Origin: Candidatus Poribacteria bacterium
Lineage (GTDB): Bacteria > Poribacteria > WGA-4E > PCPOR2b
NCBI GenBank assembly: GCA_965208675.1
Contig: OZ242351.1
Span: 3,392,001 to 3,456,000 of the forward strand
Direction of reading: 5' to 3'
Length of the DNA: 64,000 nucleotides
The notes under the pieces are model-generated. The model saw only the letters and a program-made list of their open reading frames with translations, searched no databases and was not told where the DNA came from. Of the stretch, positions 48,823 through 58,551 are shown piece by piece. Position numbers and translations under genes: made by a program. Every line of letters starts with the position of its first letter. The stretch's first letter is position 1.

Positions 48823-48903
48823 AAGCTATTAAACACCATAAATACATTGAACTCTCGGTTGTGCGGCCTACGTTAAATGTCCCCGCTCCCGCCACAAGAT
48901 GGG

Positions 48904-49104
48904 TTATGAACGGTAGCGCGGCGTAAACACATATTCTCCGCAGTTCTTGCACCTCCTACGATGTTTTGGCGCATTATCCCAATCGTGACCGCCCCGCCAT
49001 GTCCTGCACGACGGATGGCGCACATAGAGATTCTCAAGTAAAAAAGGCACGCCGCCGACTACCAGCGCCAAAACAAACAACCAAAAGAAAATCTCAAATT
49101 GCAT
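48904..49104 (-). CDS. Small hypothetical membrane protein
   Basis: GAGGT SD; one TM; C..H..CxxC pattern. Confidence 0.4.
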   Translation of the reverse strand: MQFEIFFWLFVLALVVGGVPFLLENLYVRHPSCRTWRGGHDWDNAPKHRRRCKNCGEYVFTPRYRS

Positions 49105-49125
49105 TTCAATTACCTCGCATGCTTT

Positions 49126-49416
49126 CTAGATCGGACACGGGATTTCAATCAATTCACTGTTTATAGCAGAGAGGCGGTTGTGAATACGATCTATGTCAAA
49201 GCGGCACAGAGGTGTGACGGTGCGTTTGAGCTTCTTTGGTTCTGTTTCAGAAAGTCTTTCAGATATGTCATTGAGAGAGGGGGCAATCTCCATTATGTCT
49301 CTAAGCACGGTGGTTATATTTAGAAAATCATGTGTTTGTGCCTCCAGTGCATCAAGAGCCGCACTAATGAGTTTACGGTGCGCTTCCACATCTGTAATAT
49401 CAGGAGGCTTTGGCAT
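49126..49416 (-). CDS. Hypothetical helical protein
   Basis: AAGGA SD before ATG at 49416; amphipathic helices. Confidence 0.45.
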   Translation of the reverse strand: MPKPPDITDVEAHRKLISAALDALEAQTHDFLNITTVLRDIMEIAPSLNDISERLSETEPKKLKRTVTPLCRFDIDRIHNRLSAINSELIEIPCPI

Positions 49417-49627
49417 ACCAATTTCCTTTTGTGGACGAGGACAGACTTTACTTGCCGCCATTCTTTGGACAGGAAAAAAATGAGATTTTGGGTGCAAAAC
49501 GTTGGCTATTTGGTCAGATTTGAAATACCTGTATTTTTTGGTAATATACCTGATGTGGTGTTTGAAAGTCAAGCGATAGGAAAATACTTGTAGGTTGGGT
49601 TGATTCGGCGGGAAATGCAAAATATAA

Positions 49628-50044
49628 CCTCCCCTAACCCCTCCTTAGTAAGGAGGGGAATAAAGATTGTATGAACCGCAATCGTACTCCTCCCTTAAGT
49701 CCTTCGTAGTAAGCTTACTATTATCCACAAGTCCGCAAGGTCGGATAGTGTACGGGTTTTCTACCCTCATTCTTGACGTAACCATGCTGCGAAGCGCCTG
49801 TGGGAAGGGTTTCCTAGCCCTGATTATCGGGACAGGGATGTCCCTCCCACAGTTTACATCATACCGAAATGAGCAATCATTCTTAGCCCCAACATAGACG
49901 GCATCTAACTCCAGAGATTTGTGGGTAATAGTAAGCCTTAGTAAGGAGGGGAATATAGATTGTATGAACCGCAATCGTACTCCTCCCTTAACCGCTCCTT
50001 GGCAAGGCGGGGAATTTTGATTGTATGAACCGCTATGGTACTCC
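49628..50044. repeat. Three tandem units of about 60 bp, each with a CTCC..TT..AAGG.GGGG hairpin; unit 2 is interrupted by a MITE
   Basis: GATTGTATGAACCGC(A/T)AT(C/G)GTACTCC occurs three times. Confidence 0.85.
49713..49936. mobile_element. 224-bp MITE, copy 2
   Basis: TIR GCTTACTATTATCCACAA / TTGTGGGTAATAGTAAGC (1 mismatch); flanks CGTAGTAA/CTTAGTAA. Confidence 0.8.
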
Positions 50045-50170
50045 TTAATACAGTCGCTTGAATCCAACACAAACTACAAAGGTTTGATGTACAGATGTGT
50101 TTCTGTGTATAATATTAGCATCTTATTCCGCGACTTACACACCACCACTAATCAGATAATGGAGGACATC

Positions 50171-50992
50171 ATGAAATACGTACTTGCGTTGTTGCTATGT
50201 GTTGTATTGATTGTGGGCTGCGGGGATGAGAATAACATGCCCGTCATTGAGAACATCCATGCTCCCGACGAGGTTCGCGCGGGCGCGCGCATAGAGTTTG
50301 AAGCTACGGTTGCCGATGAAGATGGCGATACCCTGGTTTACAAATGGGAAGGTCCCGGGTTTTTTAGTTCGGAGACCACACCGACGACAATGTGGACTGC
50401 GCCGGTTGAGACAGGGGTTGCAACCGTTACATTCACGGTAGACGACGGTATTAACAGAGTAGCGACAACTTCGATTGAAGTAAACGTCATCCATGTATTG
50501 ATTGTGCCCGGGCGAGAGGCTGCCGGTATTCGGTTAGGAGACGAATATGATACGGTGAAGGCATTGTACGGCGAACCGGACAGCTTTGACCACAGCCATT
50601 TTTCGTATTGGAATCAGGGCCACGGTTTTTCCGGCTTTGTTGACGGCATCGGTTTGGTGGAAAGTCTATTTCTCAGCAGCCCAAATACTTCCAAGACTGC
50701 CGGCGGCAATGGTATCGGAAGTTCTCTCAGCAGTATAGAGGGCGAATTTGGTGCGGCGGAAGAAATCAATGATGACGAATTCGATGAAGGCGACGATCAC
50801 TGGTATTGGACAATGGGAATTCAGTTTGATTATGATGCCGGTTCTAATGTAGAAAGGATTTTCGTCTTTAAGCCGCACATTAATTTCGCCGGGGCACCGG
50901 TACAATACGGCGATGTAACGATACAACAAGAACAGATTCTCCAGAACAAGGCGGCGTTTGAGGCATTTTCCGGAACAGCGTTGAGACGATAA
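50171..50992 (+). CDS. Lipoprotein with a PKD/Ig-like domain
   Basis: GGAGG SD; lipobox IVGC; DEDGDTLVYKW...WTAP...TVDDG motif. Confidence 0.8.
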   Translation: MKYVLALLLCVVLIVGCGDENNMPVIENIHAPDEVRAGARIEFEATVADEDGDTLVYKWEGPGFFSSETTPTTMWTAPVETGVATVTFTVDDGINRVATTSIEVNVIHVLIVPGREAAGIRLGDEYDTVKALYGEPDSFDHSHFSYWNQGHGFSGFVDGIGLVESLFLSSPNTSKTAGGNGIGSSLSSIEGEFGAAEEINDDEFDEGDDHWYWTMGIQFDYDAGSNVERIFVFKPHINFAGAPVQYGDVTIQQEQILQNKAAFEAFSGTALRR

Positions 50993-51276
50993 CGGCAATA
51001 GCGAGCGCATCTACGGAGATAGCTTCCCGCTCAAACTCGACCTAACCTTGAAAGTAAATTTGTTTCGTGACGCTATTCCAAGTTGGGTGTAATTACCCCC
51101 GCTAACTCCCCCTTATAAAAGGGGAGGATTTTACCAGAGAAGACTATCACACTCCCTATTCGTTCGATTTGTTCCGCGTTAGTCAATCAGTTGCTCCTTT
51201 GGCAAACTGGAGAATTTTGAATATCTTGGCTTGACTCAAGTTTTCAATGGTAAGGGCGGATTAAAAATACTCCCCT

Positions 51277-51605
51277 TCATTTCATGGTATAAGCTCTATT
51301 GTGTGGACCAACTGTCAAGAAAACAACGGTCGCATCTTCTCTGTGCTCGCAGAAGCAGTATTGGCACTCCCTGATGTGCTGACATTCTTCGCAGATTACG
51401 AAATCACGCGAAAATTCCTGTCCACCCGAGCACTTCGGCAGCCGCGCAAATCCAGTCCGCCAGCAACTTGCCCAAGCCGCTCTGTGTTGGCATAGGGGGC
51501 TCTAACGATCTTTTCAACGCTTCGTTGTATACGTTGACGTAAATTTGAGTAGCGAGCGAGGTTTCGGGCAAATCTGCGCTCATAGAATGCTTGGTATTCA
51601 TTCAT
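51277..51605 (-). pseudogene. RelE/ParE-superfamily toxin with a 1-nt frameshift and Cys-rich insert
   Basis: N-part ends ...RSARVDRNFRVI; the shifted frame continues FVICEECQHIRECQYCFC...VVFLTVGPHNRAYTMK*. Confidence 0.7.
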
Positions 51606-51828
51606 TCCAAACTTCTTCGTGGGTATGAAATTTCAACTGATTTGTTTTTTTTCGTTCAAGGATATCTTCCATATCTTTATGAAGTGGAGATTCCTTACCA
51701 AGGCTAAAGAAATCCTGTGAAGCAAACTGCATGAGTTCTTCACGAACTACTTTACGGATTATTACTTCCAACTGCTCAACGGTCAGTGTAATTTTCGTAT
51801 GTTGTGTTGTCGTTACATCGTCGGTCAT
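51598..51828 (-). CDS. Putative antitoxin
   Basis: AAGGAGG SD; 76 aa; ...THEEVW end; 8-nt overlap with the toxin start. Confidence 0.7.
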   Translation of the reverse strand: MTDDVTTTQHTKITLTVEQLEVIIRKVVREELMQFASQDFFSLGKESPLHKDMEDILERKKTNQLKFHTHEEVWNE

Positions 51829-51910
51829 TTTGACTATCCTCCTTCAATAGCAGTAACGTATTTCTTTCTAGCACGAAATATTCACACTTTCCGCCCCATG
51901 GACGAGTTTA

Positions 51911-52060
51911 AAATTACCCCCAAAACCTATAGTTTGTCAAATGATATTGTTTCATGAGGAACAACATCGCATCGAAAATGAGCAAGTGTTGGTTTTGGGA
52001 TTAAACGTGTGATGACTATCGCGCTCCCTATTTGGTCGGTTGATCTCTACCCAACCAACA
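51911..52060 (-). repeat. About 150-bp dispersed repeat with leftward promoter, copy 2
   Basis: Similar to 45642-45795; TTGACA-18-TAATTT on the minus strand. Confidence 0.6.
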
Positions 52061-52208
52061 AAAACCTGACCCCCTCTAACTCCCCCTTATCAAGGGGGAG
52101 AATTTTACTTGAGAAGACTATCGCCCTCCCTATTCGTTCGGTAGATCTTTCGTTATTCGCTCGGTTGAATCCAATCAACGAAAACTAGGGATAGGATTCA
52201 AGTTTAAG

Positions 52209-52239
52209 AAACCGAGATTTCAAGAAAAATCTCGGTTTC
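52209..52239 (-). terminator. Hairpin downstream of tkt
   Basis: GAAACCGAGATTT / AAATCTCGGTTTC inverted repeat. Confidence 0.5.
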
Positions 52240-52258
52240 GGCGGGGGTTGCCGCCTGG

Positions 52259-54103
52259 TTAGATAATCGCCCTCACTTTGCGAACAATGGATGCGGCGCT
52301 GATGCCGTGCTGCTCCATGAGTTCATCGGGTTTTCCGGATCGGGGAAGGCTGGTAACGGCGAGTTTGTGAACTTTAACTCCACGGGAACCGACTGCGTCG
52401 AGGACGGCGTCGCCAATCCCGCCCTCACGGTAGTGGTCTTCGACCGTGATTAGCGTGTTATCCGTGACAGAGGCGGCTCGAAGGAGCGATTCGGTATCAA
52501 CGGGCTTGACAGAGTAGAGATCGATGACGCGAATGAAGATGCCTTCTGATTTGAGCTGATCGTAGGCTTTTAGGGTTTCATTGAGTGTAACACCTGCCGC
52601 AACAACAGTGGCTTTATCGTTCGAAGTTTCTCGAAGGGTCTTGCTGCCTCCAATGGGGAAGTGTTCGCCGTTTGAATAGATTACGGGGGTTTTGGGGCGC
52701 GATGTACGGATATAAACGATGCCTTCATGCCGCGCGGCTTCACCGACTAAGCGCTCGGCTGAGACTGCGTCGCTCGGATAGAGGACAACAGATCCCGGAA
52801 GCGTTCGGAACATCGCCAGGTCCTCTAAGCCCATTTGCGAGGGGCCGTCTTCGCCGATAGAGATACCGGCATGGGAGCCAGCGTATTTGATATTCGCTTG
52901 GGAGATTGCAGACATGCGAATCTGATCGGCTGATCGAGTCAGAAATGCCGCGAAGCTGGATACGAACGGCACCTTTCCGCACTTTGACAACCCAATTCCC
53001 GAACCGACGAGGTTCTGCTCCGCGATAAACATTTCAAAATACCGGTTGCCGTGCTTTTCCATGAATTGTTCGGCGTATGTGGAATTCTTGACATCCGCAT
53101 CCAGCGCCACGACCTGCGGGTTTGCATCTCCCAACTTTGCGAGACCTGCCCCGTATCCACTACGGGATGCGACGTTTTCGCCAATCTCATAGTCCGGCGG
53201 TGCGACCTCTTGCATCTCGGCAACGGCCTGATTTGAGGGTACAACCGGCCTTTCAATTTGAAATCCGCCATTTGAACTGAGCGGACCAAGTTCATCAAGC
53301 GCTGCATTGAGTTGATCGCCTTTGGGAATTGCTTTTCCGTGCCAACCCTCTTTGTCTTCAACAAATGAGACGCCTTTACCTTTGATAGTCTTTGCGACAA
53401 TCATTGTTGGCTGAATTGTCGACGCTTTCGCACTGTCTAATGCAGACAAAATATCGTCAAGATTATGTCCGTCAATGGCGATTGTGTTCCAACCGAACGA
53501 CTCAAAGCGGCGGCAATAAGAATCAATGTCGAACCCGTACATGGTGCGTCCGCTCTGTCCTCTTCCGTTGACATCGACAATACCAATTAAGTTGTTGAGT
53601 TTATAGTGCGACGCCAACGCAACCGCTTCCCAGACGCCGCCTTCAGCCGATTCGCCATCGCCCATGAGGACATAAACGCGGTAATCGGATGTGTCCAAGT
53701 ATTTACCGTTAAGCGCCATCCCAACGCCAATTGACAGGCCTTGCCCCAACGATCCGGTTGCCACATCGACCCAATCCAGGCGCGGGGTGGGGTGGCCTTC
53801 GAGGTCGCTGTCAATTCGGCGCAGATCGAGCAGATTGTCAACAGAGATAATGCCTGCCTCTGCCCAAGCCGCGTAGAGCAGGGGCGCAGCATGGCCTTTT
53901 GACAAGATGAAGCGGTCGTTGTTTGGGTTATGCGGATTATGACGATCATAACGCATGGTGTGAAAAAAGAGCGCAGCAACGATATCTGCGGCTGACATAC
54001 ACGTCGTTGGATGGCCGGATGCGGCTTCAGATGTAGATATGATTGAGTGGATGCGTAAATTATCGGCTTTTTGCTTCAGAAACACCCTTAGGTCTTCGGT
54101 CAT
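52259..54103 (-). CDS. tkt: Transketolase
   Basis: SGHP, LSKGHA, ATGSLGQG, GDGE..EG, IAEQ and GEDGPSQ motifs. Confidence 0.96.
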   Translation of the reverse strand: MTEDLRVFLKQKADNLRIHSIISTSEAASGHPTTCMSAADIVAALFFHTMRYDRHNPHNPNNDRFILSKGHAAPLLYAAWAEAGIISVDNLLDLRRIDSDLEGHPTPRLDWVDVATGSLGQGLSIGVGMALNGKYLDTSDYRVYVLMGDGESAEGGVWEAVALASHYKLNNLIGIVDVNGRGQSGRTMYGFDIDSYCRRFESFGWNTIAIDGHNLDDILSALDSAKASTIQPTMIVAKTIKGKGVSFVEDKEGWHGKAIPKGDQLNAALDELGPLSSNGGFQIERPVVPSNQAVAEMQEVAPPDYEIGENVASRSGYGAGLAKLGDANPQVVALDADVKNSTYAEQFMEKHGNRYFEMFIAEQNLVGSGIGLSKCGKVPFVSSFAAFLTRSADQIRMSAISQANIKYAGSHAGISIGEDGPSQMGLEDLAMFRTLPGSVVLYPSDAVSAERLVGEAARHEGIVYIRTSRPKTPVIYSNGEHFPIGGSKTLRETSNDKATVVAAGVTLNETLKAYDQLKSEGIFIRVIDLYSVKPVDTESLLRAASVTDNTLITVEDHYREGGIGDAVLDAVGSRGVKVHKLAVTSLPRSGKPDELMEQHGISAASIVRKVRAII

Positions 54104-54601
54104 TCGGTGATATTCCTTTCTGGTTAAATTTTGTCGGGTTCAATAAAAATGCCTCCAAACCTGCGTCTGCAATACATGCTCTTATAGACTGACACTTTTC
54201 ATAAATTGGGGCGGCTACACCTTGTGGATTGGCAACATTGGAAACTCTCGGTTGAGCGATGAGGTGTTGTAATTTGATGCTTCATCGCGAATGCGGGGCA
54301 AGATGCCCCGCGTACGATGGGTGAAACGTCTGAATATGCCCTTCGGCGCCCAGTGAATCGGGCAACCACAATCTGAAGTGTGTAAGTCCTAACTGACACA
54401 AAATGACCGCTATGTTAATAAGACACCTTCATAGACCAAAGATATGTTGCCAAATTCAGATTAGCGGGCATATTATACCTGATAAACATCACTCAGACAA
54501 CCCTTCAAAAATTGAATTTATATATGTAAGTGTTATCGACAAAATTCACAAAAAATGCCGGGCTGTTCCGTTGCGCGCCGAAGAGGAACAGCGATTGAGA
54601 G

Positions 54602-56002
54602 CTAATCCGCCTTCACATTGGGACCAATCATCTTACTGGGAACGACGGTTCGATCGAATTCTGCGGCGGTCAAGAGGTTCAGTTCGAGGGCAACCTGCCG
54701 CAGCGTTTTGCCCTCTGCGTGTGCGGTTTTCGCTACCCGTGCGGCGTTGCCGCAGCCAATTTTGGGCGAGAGCGCGGTCGCTAGCATTAAGGAGTCGTTC
54801 AGATAACTATTGATTTTTTGTAAGTTCGGACGAATGCCGTGCACACAGTTTTGGGCAAATGAGTTGCAAACGTCGCCCAAGAGGCGAATTGACTGCAAGG
54901 CGTTAAAAGCGATTACGGGCATAAATGCATTGAGTTCAAAGTTGCCGGAAGCACCGGCTACGGCGACGGTGGTATCGTTTCCGATAACCTGCGCGCAAAC
55001 CATAGTCATTGCTTCACACTGCGTTGGATTGGTCTTGCCCGGCATGATGGAACTCGCCAATCCATCTGCCGGCAGGATAAGTTCTCCAATTCCGCAGTGC
55101 GGGCCGCTCGCTAGCCACCGGATGTCGTTTGCAATCTTATTGAGCGAACACGCCAGCGTTTTGAACGCCCCGCTGGCTTCGACAACAGCATCTCGGGCAG
55201 CAAGGGCTTCAAACGTATTAGGCGCCGTTACAAAAGGGAGTCCGGTAAGCCTTGCTATTGACGCCGCTGCATTTACCGCGAATTCGGGGCGAGTGTTTAA
55301 ACCGGTGCCGACTGCGGTTCCACCAATCGGCAATTCATAAAGATGAGCGAGGCAGTCATCTATTGCGCGGAGCGCATGAGACAACTGAGATGCGTATCCC
55401 GAGAGCTCTTGCCCGAGCGTTAGCGGGGTTGCATCTTGCATGTGCGTGCGCCCAATCTTCACAATGTCTTTGAACGCTTCGGCTTGGTTGGCAAGCGCCT
55501 TCTGCAAATCTGTTACTGCGGGAACAAGCTTACAGTGAATACTTTCCACAATGGCAACGTGGATAGCGGTTGGAAAGGTGTCATTAGACGATTGAGACCT
55601 GTTAACATGACCATTCGGCTGGATTGGATTGTTACTTCCCAAAACGCCGCCCAGCATTTCAATCGCGCGGTTGGCAATCACTTCGTTGACGTTTATATTC
55701 GTCTGAGCGCCGCTGCCGTTCTGCCAGACGACAAGGGGAAAATGGTCATCAAGTGTACCGTCAATCACTTCTTGAGCGGCTGTCATGATAACATCCGCTT
55801 TGGCTTGTTCCAATTCCCCTATTTGGGCGTTTACTTCGGCGGCGGCATACTTTACGATTCCAAGCGCGCGGATCATCTCGCGCGAGAAACGCTCAGCGCC
55901 GATCCTAAAATTGTGAAGTGAGCGTTGGGTTCGCGCTCCCCAGTACCGATCCGCGGGGACGCCAACGTTGCCCAGGCTGTCTGTCTCGAGTCGCGTGTGC
56001 AT
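54602..56002 (-). CDS. fumC: Class II fumarate hydratase (divergent)
   Basis: [26 protein letters not shown] and SSIMPGKxNP motifs. Confidence 0.88.
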   Translation of the reverse strand: MHTRLETDSLGNVGVPADRYWGARTQRSLHNFRIGAERFSREMIRALGIVKYAAAEVNAQIGELEQAKADVIMTAAQEVIDGTLDDHFPLVVWQNGSGAQTNINVNEVIANRAIEMLGGVLGSNNPIQPNGHVNRSQSSNDTFPTAIHVAIVESIHCKLVPAVTDLQKALANQAEAFKDIVKIGRTHMQDATPLTLGQELSGYASQLSHALRAIDDCLAHLYELPIGGTAVGTGLNTRPEFAVNAAASIARLTGLPFVTAPNTFEALAARDAVVEASGAFKTLACSLNKIANDIRWLASGPHCGIGELILPADGLASSIMPGKTNPTQCEAMTMVCAQVIGNDTTVAVAGASGNFELNAFMPVIAFNALQSIRLLGDVCNSFAQNCVHGIRPNLQKINSYLNDSLMLATALSPKIGCGNAARVAKTAHAEGKTLRQVALELNLLTAAEFDRTVVPSKMIGPNVKAD

Positions 56003-56325
56003 CTATCTCTCTAAATCACCTCTATTTCAAAACCGCGTAAGAACCTCCGTAACCGTCTCGCTTTAGCTATGCTTTGGTAAAGCAAGAAGAATCTCTGCGG
56101 AGCATAAACCGGTTAAATTCGTCAATAGTTTGGCGAGGACATCACGGGATTCGAACTCGTTTGGGCACGTGGTCTTGGGGAGTAAGTTTCGGACACAGAA
56201 ACAGATAAAGCCGCTGGCATCTACAGATATATGCGGCTTTCGTCTTAATTTAAGTTCGTAGAAATACCACCTCACCCTCGGCAAGCCATCAAGACGATAT
56301 GCTGCGCGGCGACGGTGAGAAGGCG

Positions 56326-57261
56326 CTAGGGGGTATCAAGTCCGGTGCAGCGAAACCCGCGGAAGTTCTGGGTGTCCGAGGGATCGTAGTTTAGGCGGAG
56401 CGCCACAGGCAGGTGGATGGGAATATCAAACCAAGACGCACCGCGCAAAACACGATCCGATGTTATGCCCCTGAGGTAGCCGTTCGCAAAGTCGAGTAAT
56501 CCTCCAGCCACCGGATTGTTCTTTGGGCCGGTGGTATAGAAGCCTGCCTGGTACTGGTCCATGCACCATTCCCAGACATTTCCTGCCATATCGTGCAAAC
56601 CGTAGCCGTTGGGCGAAAAACTTCCAACAGGGGCGGTACGCGCGTAACCGTCATCATACCCTTCAAAGACTGACCAACTGGGAAAGGCTCTCTTTGCCGC
56701 TTCGTCAGCCAAGTTTCCTGCGCCTGGGGGCGGGGTCGGCGAATCGCCCCACACGTAACGTTTCCCCACCAACCCGCCTCTAGCGGCTTTTTCCCACTGG
56801 GCTTCGGTTGGAAGCTGCTTTCCCGCCCATTTGGCGTAGGCGACAGCGTCATGCCAATTGACACCGACGACCGGGTAATTGGGTTGGTTGTATTGCGAAT
56901 CATTCCAATACGGCGGCGCCCGGTGGCCTTTAGCCTCCATAAATTTTTTGTATTGGGCGTTTGTCACTTCATATACATCAATGTAAAAATCGTCTAGATA
57001 TACCGTATGTACGGGCAGGTCGTCGTCGGCACCGTCATCGAAATGGTCTCCCATTTGGAACTCACCGGCGGGAACCAGGCGCATCAATGCTCCGTCGGTT
57101 GGGGATTTAATCTCCACAGGCAGTTCTTCTGCGGCACCCTCGCCATCAGCGCCGATATTGGCGGCAATGAATAAAACCGTTACCAATAACAGAATCATTG
57201 AAATCATCGGGGGCAGGGTTGCGCAGAGAGGCGGGTTGGTATAATGCACGGCTTTTTTCAT
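56326..57261 (-). CDS. Exported FGE-sulfatase (SUMF1)-domain protein
   Basis: FQMG, YEVTN, PVV.V.W.DA, LPTEAQWEKAARGG, NGYGLHDMAGNVWEW, RG.SW and GFRC motifs; start uncertain (57261 or 57207). Confidence 0.9.
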   Translation of the reverse strand: MKKAVHYTNPPLCATLPPMISMILLLVTVLFIAANIGADGEGAAEELPVEIKSPTDGALMRLVPAGEFQMGDHFDDGADDDLPVHTVYLDDFYIDVYEVTNAQYKKFMEAKGHRAPPYWNDSQYNQPNYPVVGVNWHDAVAYAKWAGKQLPTEAQWEKAARGGLVGKRYVWGDSPTPPPGAGNLADEAAKRAFPSWSVFEGYDDGYARTAPVGSFSPNGYGLHDMAGNVWEWCMDQYQAGFYTTGPKNNPVAGGLLDFANGYLRGITSDRVLRGASWFDIPIHLPVALRLNYDPSDTQNFRGFRCTGLDTP

Positions 57262-57340
57262 GAATCTTGTGAAGGTCCGGAAATTCATGGAAAGGGCTGG
57301 TTGAAACGAGCGCTTCCACCGCCGATTCAGGCGGGTGCAG

Positions 57341-58186
57341 CTACGGCCGACGAGTTTCCTCATTAACTGATTGAGAAATCCTTGCGTCGTGGTACGCGGA
57401 CAAGAAAACAGGCTGATTATACTGTGCTAACACGCGATATTCTTCCTCTTTCCCACACAACCAGTAGAACATCTCGGCAGCATCATTAATTGCGCGGTGG
57501 TATTCGCGGTGATAGTTGGGACCTGCGGGCAGGCCTTTTGCACGCGATGGCTGGAAATCCGGCTCGCGAATCCAGTCGCGCTCGGGCGGCACAGTTCTCG
57601 TATAGCCATACTTCGACAGATTTCGGACCGCCTTCACGGTGGATGCGGTGCGGCGGTGCCAAACGGTGTAGGCGGATAAGAAGATTGAACCTGCCGGGGC
57701 AGCGGTGGAAAATGCGCCGCGAATGCTGCCGTAATGCGCCATAGAAGGGATTCCGTCGGCGATGAGAAAATGAGAACCCGGCAGCAGCTCGGTCGGGCCA
57801 AGCTCGGGAGGAGTGTCCTGGGGATAGTAGAATCCCAGCAGACTGTCCAGTTTGGGACCGAACACGGCGCCGCCGTCGACATGCCAAGGACCTGCGGGCA
57901 TGGGGCAATCAGCGCGGTGCCCTTCGCCCAAGTGAAATGGATAAGTGAAGTTCTTTCCTAACAGAGATCGTACCGCACCGGCTGCCTGCGGATTAAGGAA
58001 CACATTCTCGACGACCCCGTCTAAGGTCGCGGCGTTACTGCCTCTAGGCTGCGTTGCGAAAAATTCAACCACCTGACGGTTGATTTCATCGGGAACAACA
58101 GCTTCCAGCATCAGGAAGCCCTTTCTGCAGAATTCCAGCACCTGCGAGTCGGTCAGGGTTGGTTCGCAGTCGTATGTATTCTCCAT
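57341..58186 (-). CDS. PhyH-family Fe(II)/2OG dioxygenase
   Basis: WHVDG, GPT.LLPGSH and WH facial-triad motifs. Confidence 0.88.
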   Translation of the reverse strand: MENTYDCEPTLTDSQVLEFCRKGFLMLEAVVPDEINRQVVEFFATQPRGSNAATLDGVVENVFLNPQAAGAVRSLLGKNFTYPFHLGEGHRADCPMPAGPWHVDGGAVFGPKLDSLLGFYYPQDTPPELGPTELLPGSHFLIADGIPSMAHYGSIRGAFSTAAPAGSIFLSAYTVWHRRTASTVKAVRNLSKYGYTRTVPPERDWIREPDFQPSRAKGLPAGPNYHREYHRAINDAAEMFYWLCGKEEEYRVLAQYNQPVFLSAYHDARISQSVNEETRRP

Positions 58187-58551
58187 AGTGAGTTTTCTCC
58201 AAGCCGGGATAGTTCTTTGTCAGAACGTACCGCGGCGACGGTGTTGAGTAGAGTTGGCGTTATTCGAAAATGTAATATATTTAGTTTACTACAAAGGACA
58301 ATTTATTGTCGAGAAAAAACTGTTGTTTTCAAAAGCAGCGGTATATCAGACCCAATGTTTTTCAGTTACAAAATTTCCTGTTGTTATATTTGCCGAATCG
58401 TGTTATATTTAAGGGATAGATATATAGTGCATTGTTTCAAGGCATGAAAATGTGTCAACCAAATCCCAACGGAGGATTAAGGGTATTTGTGATTCAAATA
58501 ATCCTGCCTTGTGGGAGAGTTGATTCATCGGCATAATCGGGAGGTAAAACA

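Noticed and set aside
49628-50044. CRISPR array
   Set aside because: The three units repeat along their whole length with no unique spacers, and no cas genes are present
31907-52200. Integron cassette array or intact prophage
   Set aside because: No integrase, no convincing attC sites and no structural phage genes
56326-57261. DGR target gene, or active formylglycine-generating enzyme
   Set aside because: No template repeat or reverse transcriptase in the window; the catalytic Cys pair of true FGE is absent after RGASW
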